The notes beneath the pieces were generated by a model that ran no database searches, had not been told where the DNA came from, and saw only the letters and a list, made by a program, of their open reading frames with translations. Of a stretch of 64,000 bases of DNA, positions 29,896-41,000 are shown one piece after another. The DNA is from Theionarchaea archaeon (GTDB lineage Archaea > Methanobacteriota_B > Thermococci > Methanofastidiosales > SZ-28-30). The position numbers and the translations under genes were made by a program. The DNA is taken from contig JACVGT010000025.1 of the NCBI GenBank assembly GCA_018992685.1, positions 27,432 to 91,431 on the forward strand, read 5' to 3'. Numbering within the stretch: position 1 is the stretch's first letter; the number at the start of each line of letters is the position of its first letter.

Positions 29896-30393
29896 TTTAA
29901 TACCTTCCTTTTTTTTCTCAAAGGAAAGTCCTTCACCCTCTAGATTTTCGGAATGGTTATCGTTCCGTCAAAAAATATACCCTATATAAATGTTTCGGCC
30001 ATTTAAAAGCTTTAAAACAGAAATGCAATCTGTCAGTGTAACGATTTCAGAATGATGACGGAAGAAGTGGACAGTATTCGATAAGAAAAATAGCAAGAAT
30101 ACCCACTTCTACAGAGATGGTAAGATTTGCTTCACTTTCGAGAATTTCTTGAATTTTTCGCAAAAGTAGAATTTTCTTCTTTTTCTGCAGGTTGCTCTGT
30201 CCAGAATTCCTGTGAAACAGCATCATCAAGTACTCTTGAAGTGATTTGAGTACCAATATCTTTATATGAAAAGAAGAAAACAATATACACCCGATTCAGA
30301 AGAGATTTAAAATGGAATTTTCCCCTATTTTCTTCTACATTATTGCCACATTTTTTAGAGTTGCACAATCGTACAATTTCTATGGTTATTCAT

Positions 30394-32031
30394 CTAAAAA
30401 AAGTCGTTCAAACTCAATTGTTTCTCTTTATGTATTCTGAGGTCCCGCCTTGTAGGAATAGCTGATGGAATACATAAGAAGTAAATCTCTCTTCTTCTTT
30501 TTGCATTTCCAGTGTATACTAACCAATTCATTAACGTTCTAGTATTTTCTGGAATTGAAGAATCACCATACACTCTCAGACCCGCTCGTTTTCTTTCTTC
30601 TTGAATCAGATGCTGTATTTTCTTAGGATTCAAACCTTTGTCCTCAGAGAGATTATCATAAATAGTTCTGTATAACTTCACCGTTTTCAGTGCCTGTTCA
30701 TGAAAGATCTTTTTCTTTGTGAATTCATCGGAATCTGCGAATATGCTCCCCAAGTCGGTAATCCTCACATAACTCATAAAAGGAGATTCTGTGAATCCTA
30801 ACGTATCCGAACATTTCCGTTCATGGTGAATATTTTCTTTATGTAGAGTGTTCTTTAGAGTATCAATTGTCGTCAATCCCCCATGATAAGCTACTGCTTC
30901 AACAAATCTGACAATTGGGAGCGCGTCTGCATTAGGTACATAAGGCATCTTCGTTGGAGAGACACCTTCAGTTTCTTTAGGTTTCACTCTCAATCCAAAA
31001 TCGAATGCTGTTTCTTTTTCAGCAAAATCTTTGTAAATATCCGGACCGATTCTTCTACTTCTGAATTTCAGGGGAAATCCATATCTTGACGTTCCTGTAG
31101 AATCATCCTTCTTCAGGACATTAATTTGAGAAAGTTTCTCAAGAGCGTCTTTTATCCATTCACTATTTAGATCATTTCCTGAAATTGTCAAAGGTTTCAA
31201 ACTCCTTATTCTTTCCATTAGTTCTTCACGAGATAAATACAAGAATTCTTCTTTCCTATATTCTCCTCTTTCAACTAAGGACTCCAAACAGGGAATGATC
31301 ATTTCCAGTATAAATTTCATTGTATATTCTACAGCTGGTGGTTTTTGTGAAACAAAATACGTTTTCTTACCAAGTAGTAATATTCTCTCTGAATAAAAGT
31401 TTCGCTGTTGGCTAATAAGAGGACAAAGAATCTCACCCCTTACATGATTGATGTAAAGACCATCCTTGTTCCGTTTATCTTTAGTACAAAAATACCATAG
31501 GCTGAAATCATGAGGAGAATTTTTGAGAAAATCTAACTGCTGATAGTTTCTTTCTAGGAATTCAATTACACTGCCATAATCGTGTTCACTCACAATCAGC
31601 CAGACTTCGTGTCTATCGAATTCTTTCATTTCCTGGAAATATTTTTTCAAGTCACTTAGTCTATTTAGCATATTTGCTTCGAAATCAGCAGAATTTCTGT
31701 TTGGTAATGACGACTTTATCTCTATGAGAATCCCCTTTCTTCTTGAACCGTATGCAAAAGTAAGATCCGGGGTTTTTGGATCTTCATCTTCATTCATAGG
31801 ATTGATTTTAATACTTTCCCCTAAGAAAGAAATTTCATCATCCATAGAACTAAGTTTAGGTATTTCTTCTGCTAACATTTCTGAAATCATAACACAGTAC
31901 TCATAATCTGTACATTTCTTTCTTATTTCATTTTCTCTTTTTTTTATTACTTTTTGTAACTCTCCCTCATCAAGTTCATTTTCTCTTCCTTTTTGATCCT
32001 CATCATCATTTGTTTTCATTAAATCACTCAT
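30394..32031 (-). CDS. PD-(D/E)xK nuclease-like protein with C-terminal winged-helix-like domains
   Basis: KTPDLTF...ILIEIKSS motif; WIKDALEKLSQINVL and DTLGF...VRITDLGSIF resemble wHTH segments. Confidence 0.7.
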   Translation of the reverse strand: MSDLMKTNDDEDQKGRENELDEGELQKVIKKRENEIRKKCTDYEYCVMISEMLAEEIPKLSSMDDEISFLGESIKINPMNEDEDPKTPDLTFAYGSRRKGILIEIKSSLPNRNSADFEANMLNRLSDLKKYFQEMKEFDRHEVWLIVSEHDYGSVIEFLERNYQQLDFLKNSPHDFSLWYFCTKDKRNKDGLYINHVRGEILCPLISQQRNFYSERILLLGKKTYFVSQKPPAVEYTMKFILEMIIPCLESLVERGEYRKEEFLYLSREELMERIRSLKPLTISGNDLNSEWIKDALEKLSQINVLKKDDSTGTSRYGFPLKFRSRRIGPDIYKDFAEKETAFDFGLRVKPKETEGVSPTKMPYVPNADALPIVRFVEAVAYHGGLTTIDTLKNTLHKENIHHERKCSDTLGFTESPFMSYVRITDLGSIFADSDEFTKKKIFHEQALKTVKLYRTIYDNLSEDKGLNPKKIQHLIQEERKRAGLRVYGDSSIPENTRTLMNWLVYTGNAKRRREIYFLCIPSAIPTRRDLRIHKEKQLSLNDFF

Positions 32032-33142
32032 CGAGAAGAGATATTTCGGCTACTCCTATTGCCATTTGGATTTCTTCAACGATGTCAGAAAGAGATGAAG
32101 GGGAACATCTTGTTTGAGGGACAATTGCGATTTTGTTGTTTAAAGCATTGATAGAAAAAGTTGAGTAGTCTTTGAAATCAACCACATTAGCTGAAAAATA
32201 TGGATTTGAAGACTGATTGATGGTATAAGATAAGAATTTCATTTTCTCAAGAACGAAGGTCAATCTCTCTAACTGTGACTCATTTAAATCATTCTTGAAT
32301 TTCAATACAATGGGAGATAATTCAATTTGCTTTTTTTGATTGTTGTAACGTCTTTCTCTGTTAAGATAAGACTTGTTTGTCTTTGCAAATGTCTCGATAC
32401 AATTCCTCAAAACGTCGGCCCAGAAATAATCCAGCGCTCCGGAATACAGAGTAAATGATTTGTCTTTTCTCTTATATCTAAATCTCATAATTGTCTCTCC
32501 TCCCTTCCCAGAACAATCTATGATTATCCTATTAATGACTTTCCCGTAAAGCTCATTTTCTATTCCTTTTCTGAATTCAGAATAATTCTTATCGGCAGAT
32601 TTGCCCCTCAATTGAACTGATGAATATTGCGATTTATTTTTCAACGGGTCGTAAATTACACTTTGAACTTCAGTAACATAGATTTCGCCATAAATTTCTT
32701 TGAGTCTGTCAATCATCTCAATAATACCTTTGTTGTCCAAATGAACTCTATACAAATAAGGATATGAATATTCTATCCATTTCAGAAGAGTTACAGACAA
32801 GGAATTCTTCAGGATTTCATCACTTAGAAACATATAAAAGTTTTTCTTGATTCTTACTACCAATGAAATAGATGCTACTTCCTTTTCGGTGTTCACGACT
32901 ATGAGTGAATAAATGTCATTCGAAATTTTGCTAGACGCTATTCTAAATGTTTTTCTATTTGAAATATTCTGCCAGTTTTCTATGTCGTATTTCGAAAAGC
33001 AGAAAAAGAATTTCAATCCCGTTCTGGTATTGTTGACAAAGTTTTCATTGAAAAACGATTTCAATTCATCAAAATTAGCTATATTCTCAATTTCATTCTG
33101 GAATTCTCTTATCAAGGAGCCTGGTGTTGCAGGTACTAACAT
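32024..33142 (-). CDS. Hypothetical protein, partner of the nuclease gene
   Basis: 372-aa low-GC ORF; RBS GAGGTGA; 8-nt overlap with the downstream gene. Confidence 0.8.
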   Translation of the reverse strand: MLVPATPGSLIREFQNEIENIANFDELKSFFNENFVNNTRTGLKFFFCFSKYDIENWQNISNRKTFRIASSKISNDIYSLIVVNTEKEVASISLVVRIKKNFYMFLSDEILKNSLSVTLLKWIEYSYPYLYRVHLDNKGIIEMIDRLKEIYGEIYVTEVQSVIYDPLKNKSQYSSVQLRGKSADKNYSEFRKGIENELYGKVINRIIIDCSGKGGETIMRFRYKRKDKSFTLYSGALDYFWADVLRNCIETFAKTNKSYLNRERRYNNQKKQIELSPIVLKFKNDLNESQLERLTFVLEKMKFLSYTINQSSNPYFSANVVDFKDYSTFSINALNNKIAIVPQTRCSPSSLSDIVEEIQMAIGVAEISLLDE

Positions 33143-33639
33143 TCTATTCTCACCTCTTTATGTAATGAAGATGTCTCTATTATTAAGCTTTTTGGAATTC
33201 TTTCATCCATACTATCAGCTTCATGGATATCCCTCCGAGAATCATGCCCTCTTTTGGTCTTTTTTCTTTATAACCTTATCTACTACTAACTCCTATCACG
33301 ATATCACCTCCTTTCTTTGCTCCTATGACCAGTACAACCACCACTGTTTCCTGGTGAAGAGCTCCCGTGAATGCCACGCACTGAATGTGGTGAGCTGCCT
33401 CCCTGCCACCTGTCGCGTTGTTGAAATGGAGAATCACTTATTGATATTCGTTAATACGGTGTCCGTAGCTGTCCTGCAGAAGTTGATGATCCTGATGATG
33501 AGCATGAAGACCTCAGGACTACTGGATGACTTGAGGTATGCATCAGTGTTGGAAGTGGCTCACCAACCTGTACGATTGGGATCTCCTGCAGAAGAGGATA
33601 GGAACAATAGAAAAGAACGTACTGATTGAAATACAGGAA

Positions 33640-34021
33640 CCTGACTTCATGGATCCTCCTCCATAACGTGGTGTAATCTGCAGATGTCAATCCTTCTATA
33701 TACTGCGACAACTTTTCTAAAATGCCTTCTAACTGTCTATAGGGTACATTGAATACTGTTTTCATCAGGACAGTATATGCTATGAATGACTGGGGAAATG
33801 CAAAAGGGCTACCTCGTTTATTCACATTCATCGTTTGGAGTTCTTCATTCCAATGTTCAATAAAATCCATTGTTAAGTAAAATTCTCCTCTTCTTACCAG
33901 TTTCTTGTTATATTCTTTCCAATTTCTGGTCATGAAACCGTCTGGTTTCCCTATGGTTCAAATCTTTCCATTGGTTTATACTTCAAATGAGGCATTTGAA
34001 TGGTAAATTGTACAACACAGC
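33640..34021 (-). mobile_element. Truncated IS5-family (IS903-like) element: one end plus the transposase N-terminus
   Basis: MTRNWKEYNKKLVRRGE...PYRQLEG...ADYTTLWRRI from ATG 33933; no DDE domain follows; terminal-like GCTGTGTTGTACAA at 34008-34021. Confidence 0.8.
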
Positions 34022-34033
34022 AGATTTGTCGAG

Positions 34034-34471
34034 TCACTGTAATTGAAGAGTTTTCAATTCAATCTTGGTTCCTTTTTTCCATAAATCCTTTCTCATAGCA
34101 ATTGCAACTTCCATGAAAGTAGATTCGGAGGGTTGATTTATGAATTGCTTGAACTTTCTTAGGACGTCGTCGGAAGCATAGAGAACAGAGTTGTAATAGA
34201 ATTCCGTCAACCTCACCATGGCATATTCTTTGATTTCTTCTTCATTTTTCAGATGCGGTATTTTGGGGTCTTCGATATGAAAGTGACTTACATTTTCCGG
34301 TTTCAGAACACAACGCATGAACACAAGGGTAGAACGATACTTATTCTCGTTGAGATTTTGAATTCTCAATTCAGTTTCTCTCTTTTGACTCCAAAGATGT
34401 TGAAGGTAACTCCCAGCAATACCTCCAATTCCCAACAAGCCGAAAACCGAGATTATTGTTTGAATGTCCAT
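34034..34471 (-). CDS. Hypothetical protein with N-terminal TM helix
   Basis: IISVFGLLGIGGIAG then a helical domain ending AMRKDLW. Confidence 0.7.
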   Translation of the reverse strand: MDIQTIISVFGLLGIGGIAGSYLQHLWSQKRETELRIQNLNENKYRSTLVFMRCVLKPENVSHFHIEDPKIPHLKNEEEIKEYAMVRLTEFYYNSVLYASDDVLRKFKQFINQPSESTFMEVAIAMRKDLWKKGTKIELKTLQLQ

Positions 34472-35063
34472 GAGCTATAGTTGAGGCAGCGAATATTTAA
34501 GTCTTCTAGTTGTTCCTCCTCTAGTTGTCTACAAGGCTGCTATCCTCCTCCGAATAATGAGGACCTTTTCGAGGAAGACCGCGTGCATCCATTTCCTCTT
34601 ACCACAGGATTATTGTTCCCTCTACCATATTTCACGTTCTTGGTTTCATATTTTTTCAAGTTCTTCAAGGTGCTCTTTTAGTCATTTTTTCCATGAATAT
34701 ATCCCGAAAATATGAACGGTCATAAATGCCCATAATTACACTGTTTTCAACTCTTATTCTCCACTTTGTGAAGGTCATTCTTTTCCGGTAACAGCCATGT
34801 GGATTTTTGTCATGAAACTATGGACAGAATTCTTGAATACTAGTGTGACGTTCGGCGGATAATTATTTTCTTGAATACAAATGCTCAATATATTCCGAGT
34901 ACGTGAGATTTCTTTCCAAATTTAGAACGTAGACATTCAACCGTAAACCTTATAAATTGCTCAACGAATTGGAGTTGGCCTGTGCATGTATTCCATGGGG
35001 GATGCTTTGCATAAGAACTGGGAGACATACGTGCGAAAAGAACAAATGAAGGAGATGACGAAG

Positions 35064-38000
35064 ATGAGAGACAAAATCTTAATATTGGGGTTAAGTGCTG
35101 CTCTTCTTATGAGTTTATTTTGTTATGTTCAGGAGATAGCAGCAGGGTATGATGGTTTGAGTGAGAGAATTCCTGTTGTGGGAGATGATGTTGCAGGCTC
35201 TCTCAGTAATGTGCCACCTGTGGTGGAAGTTGTACCTGATGTATCCAGTGGGAAGGCACCCTTGCGCGTGCAATTTGAGGGAGATGTGTATGATGAGGAC
35301 GGGGAGATTACTAGTCTGGAATGGGACTTTGAAGGAGACGGGGCCTTTGAGGTTACGAGTGATCTGAAGAGTATTGAGAGACCTCAGAAGTTGCAGGCGG
35401 CACGGGAAGGATTACAGAAGGAGCATGTATATGATAATCCAGGAATCTACCATGCGGTCGTCAGGGTGACGGATGATAAAGAGGAGAGTACTACAGCATC
35501 TGTGACCATACAGGTGTATTCGGATAGACCATGGCTGGATATTACGCCATCCAACAAGGATGGATTTTTGTATCAGGCACAGGCTGGATATGAGGCCTTC
35601 TTTGGGGAAAATGTGGGTAAAGAGATAAAATTTGAGTTGAATAACGCATATATTACGTACCGAATGGTGAATCAGTCTTTTGGTGCTGTCAATACCGCAA
35701 AGGGTGAACCTGAAGGGAACAGAATCTGGTACAGGAATGTCTTCCCCGGAGTTGATATACGATATACGGTGCATGAGGATTTGTTACTGGAAGAATTTGT
35801 GGTATACCAGCCCGTGGGTATAACGGTGATTGAGCAGGAATTTGTAACGCATGGAGTGGACTATAAGATGGAGGAAGATGGGTCCATTGGGTTCTACAAT
35901 GGGGAAGATCTGGTATTTTCTATCCCGAAACCGGTGATGTATGAGTTTAATAACCCGGAAAGGAAGTGTTACGGGTTACATTATGAAGTTGTGGAGAAAG
36001 GTAATTTGTACATACTGAGGAAGGTTATTGATAATTTAGAATGGTTAAAGTCTGCCAAATATCCCGTGGTCATTGATTCGTCCACGCAGGGCGAGATAGC
36101 TGATCCCTGGGAACAGCAGGGGTTAACACCGTACGGGCAGTACTTCCAGAACATGAATGAATATGTTGATCCCTTGACTGGGCATCTTAATATAAGACAG
36201 ACAGATTATTCTCTATCTGGGAGAGGGCTGGATTTATCCATATCCAGGGTCTACTCCACGGTGGTGGCTTACAAGGAAGATGAAGAGGAGAGTGGCTCTG
36301 GGGAGTATGTACCCATTGCTACCTATAAAGAAGCACCCACGGATCTGGGATATGGATGGTCTCTGGATTTTCCCTGGCTGGAATTTAACGAGGATGACCA
36401 GGAACCTGGCCACTACTTACATTTACCCAAAGGGGTCCAGATCAAGACCAATTTTGTTGATGGAGTATGGATTGATGAGACACACCACTTTGTTATGTAC
36501 ATTAATGGAGATTATTCCTATACCAAATACAGAGATGATGGTGTGAGAGAAGACTATGATAGTCAGGGGCGATTGACATCTATCACTGATTTGAATGGGA
36601 ATGTCATTACCTTCTCCTACGGGCAGTATGGTATCTCCCAGATTGCGGATACCGTGGGAAGGACTGTCACCTTCAACTACAGTTCTGACACGTTAATGAG
36701 TATTACAGATGGGGTGAGGACTATCTCCTACAGTTATTCTGGAGGTAAATTAACAGCAGTAACGGACCCCATTGGGAGGGTAACAACCTACGAGTATATG
36801 TCAGAAAATAGCTTCCTGATAACGGGGGTGCATTACCCTTCAGGTGGATTTTCTTCCTATGAGTATGGTACCGTCATACCGGAAGCGGGAAAGATTGCAC
36901 CTTATAAATCTTCTGAGACTGAAGATGGGGAAACCCAGTACTACTTCTACAAGGTGGACAGCCCGGATACGGTCACCTGGACCTCACCCAAGGATTTAGC
37001 GGGTGTTACGGGAGCTGCAGGGAGGCCGTATGTTGTCCAGAGAGATGATGGCTCCTTTGTTATGTACTTCAAAGAGAAGTACGTGTGGACAGAAACGGTC
37101 TGGAAATGTGGAGGAGGTGACTGCTGGGAAGAGATAATTACCCATACAGAATACTGGATCAAGAGATCGACCAGTACTGATCAACAGCACTGGTCAACTC
37201 CTCAGAACGTATTACAGGTCAAGAGCACCACAGGAAATCCCATAGTCATTGAGAAACAGGATGGTACTCTTATCATGTACTACATGGATCATTACCAATG
37301 GACAGAAGAGAACTGCTACTGGGATAACAGGTTACATGAGTGGGTCTGTGAGACTATTACGCATAATGAGTTCTATATTTACAGGAGATCGAGTTCAGAT
37401 GGGATAACCTGGGGGAGTCCCGTCAAGGTACAACAGACAACAGTAGGTGTGAGGAATATTGCTGCCATCCAGAAGCAGGATGGTACCTTTCTACTGGTGT
37501 ATATGGATAAGGTAGGTTCAGCATACTACATGAGACAGAAAACGTCTGCAGATGGGTTATCCTGGGGAACTGCTTCCAATGTTGTTCAGGTGGATAGTGG
37601 GACGGGAGGCCCTGCTCTACTGCAAGCTGATTCAGGTACCGTTTATCTCGCATATAGAAAAGGTAATTCTTCTTTGTATGTCACCTCCAACTCTGGAAGT
37701 GAATGGTCCACCCCTGTTCAAACTACGGGGGTAGCATCAGGTGATCCTGCCTTCCTACAGACAGAAACGGAGATTGTCTTGATCTACAAGGGGACGGATA
37801 ACTACTGTTACCGCATTTCCAGTAGCGATGGTGCTAACTGGTCTTCTCCTTCCCAGATCGCTCCCAATAAGATCGTCTCAGATCCTGCATCTGTACAGAG
37901 GACAGACAGATCTTATAGAGTAACTGCCCAGTATATTTCAGCTTCAGCATTGGATTTGGTGAAAATCACTGAATTCTCTTACACTGGATCAGGGTATCTG

Positions 38001-41000
38001 TCTGAATCTACTGATGTCTTAATCCGTGACTCTCAAACACTGAAATCCTCTATGCATTTTGAATATGATTCCAAAGGGAGGACTACGGAAAGAATATCAA
38101 AGGATGAAAATGGTACCCAAACGGAGAAGACAGTCTTTACCTATAATAATGGTGATAAAGTCATCAGGCAGGATGTCTATGCGGGTACCTCCACAGGGAT
38201 TTCCTACAGTGTTCTCATTGGCTACGATAATGGAGGTAACGTCGTTTATACCAGAAATCCAGAAGGTGCAGAACACTTCTACTCGTATGCCAATACGAAC
38301 TCTCAAAACCAGTTCATTGACTCCAAGGGTAATCCCGTTCAGTTATTCAGTAACCAGTTCTACACCAATTCCGTTCCCTCTCACTGCCACACCTTGTTGG
38401 CAGGAGAAGCCTTCATCAATAATGGGAAGGTCACTGAGTGCTATTATAAGTATGATAATAATGGCAACATGATTGAAACCAAAACCTTGTACCCAACTCG
38501 TGATTACGAAGTCTTCTCAGGCACTTTTGATGAGAATGGACAGACTACCTTTGACATTGATTTGACAGGACTGACCATAACTGATGCCGTCCTGGTCATT
38601 TCCAGCATAGCTGTCCCCACCCAGGAAACTCTCTACGAGACTCACTCTGAAGTGGGGAAAGGCTGGTTAGACACTGGTACGTGGTCAGGGAAGTACTTCA
38701 TGGCTGATTACTTCAGATGCTACAGCACAAGTCCTCCAGACTGCTTTGATGGTTCCACTAAGATCGGGCCTTTTGAACATTATCCTGGAACACCCAATTA
38801 CACAGGATATACGACCTGGGTAGAGGAGAATACTCAATACGTCAAAACAAGCTACACAGCAATCGTCAATGAGTACCCTGAAATGGTGGAATACAGTCTT
38901 AATGATTCATCTTGGAATGAAATTACTGATAACTTGGGCTCTGGTACGACTTCAACTTTGATTCCGGAATCTTCCTTTGTTCAAGGAGCCAATACACTGC
39001 AACTCAGAGAATCCAACGCGTTTTCCACCAGGTTTGACTGGGTCCTGTACATTGACCAGGGTGCCACACCACAGGAATACATGACAAGCCTCGCTTACGA
39101 TAGTAATGGAAATGTTATCTCCGCCACTGATGCAAAGGGGAATACAACCTTGTTCAGCTACGATTCGCATTATATGTATTTGACCTCCCTCACTGATACC
39201 CTCAGCAGGACAATTTCAGCTGCATACAATTTCACGACAGGGTGGATGATTAGCGTAACAGATGCACAGGGCAATGTAACATCATACGAGTATGATGAAC
39301 TGGGGAGGGTAACCAAGAAGATCCTTCCAGATCTCGCAGAATTGGAAGTTTCATATGATGATCAGAATAGCACTGTCACCATCTATGATGAGTTGGATCA
39401 TTTCCAGACAAAGTACTACGATGGGCTGGGCAGGCTCATTAGAGATGAACGGTATCTCTCTCCCTCAAGTGCTTTGACAGAAATTTACACCTACAACTAC
39501 ATGGGTAAAATGGAATCAAGAACTGACTCAGGAGGTCAAACGTACTCTTACCAGTACGATTCTCTGGGGAGACCCACTAGAATCACCAATCCGGATTCCT
39601 CATTCGTTCACTTTGACTATAATTATACTACCAACACGGTGAATAGCTATGATGAGAATCAGCACAGAAAGCAGTATCACTATGATTGGACTGGATTGTT
39701 GCTGTGGGTGAAAGAGTATACAGGCCCAGAATCCTACTACTTCACTGAGTACAAGTATGATTCTCTGGGGCACCTGACCTCTCTCACTGATGCCAGGGGA
39801 AATACGACCTCTTATGAGTATGGTTCATTATTCGGAGCGACTCAGGTCACGTATCCTGACTCCACGAATGAGACATACCTGTACGATGCAGTGGGTAATG
39901 TGGTACAGAAGACGGATGCCAATGGTACCACTGGTTTTGTTTATGATAATGGATATCAGTTGTCTTCTGTCACCTATACAGATGGATCTGTGGTCACATT
40001 TGAGTATGATGTAAATGGCAGCCGCACCCTCCTTACAGATAGTGAGGGCAGTACATGGTACACCTATGACAACAGGAACAGGCTGCTATCAGAAACACGG
40101 AGTATTGATGGACAGGAATACACCGTGAGCTACAGTTATGATCTGGCTTCCCGACTGGTTTCCACCACCTATCCAGATCAGACTGTAATCACCTATGAAT
40201 ATGATGCTGCCAATCGATTGGTTACTATTCCTGGATATGCCCACTATACCTATAATGCTGATTCTCTTGTGGAATCTGTTGGTTATGCCAATGATGTTAT
40301 AGCATCGTTCCAGTATGACAGTCGCAACAGACCCATTTCCATCCAGGCACAGAGTGCTGGAAGTGATGTCCTTTCCATGAGCTATCAGTATGATCCAGTG
40401 GGGAATATTACAGAGATGGACTACGGAAGGAGACTTCCAGATCAACAGTGGAACGAGTCCCAGGAAACCTTCGAATATGATTGGCTCGATAGAGTGGTGT
40501 CTGCCCAGGGGGACTATGGATTGCTTTCATATTCGTATGATCCTGTGGGAAATCGGGTATCACAGAACGGTGTAGCTTACACGTACAATGAGATGAATGA
40601 ACTCATTTCCACCAGTGACGGCATTCTCTTCACTTATGATGGTAATGGAAACACCCTATCGAAAGCTGACAGAACCAATACCTGGATATACAGCTATGAC
40701 AGCAGGAACCAATTGAAGGAAGTGCAGAAGGACCAGCATATGACAGCCCAGTACTGGTATGATGGTGATAATCGTCGAGTCAAGAAAACAGAATGGAAGG
40801 ACGATTTGCAGGAATACCAGACTACCATCTATATCTACTCTGGTACAAATGTGATCTATGAGAAAAATGTGACTACAGATGGTGAAGCTGACTATATCTG
40901 CAGTTCAAAGGGACTCATTGCCAAAAAAGTGGGTGACTACGTGGACTACTACCACACGGATCACGTGGGGTCAACACGGTTAGTAACAAATGAAGAAGGA

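Noticed and set aside
32913-33300. N-terminal part of the 238-aa + strand ORF
   Set aside because: Antisense to the 372-aa gene and its promoter, with F/S-rich shadow composition
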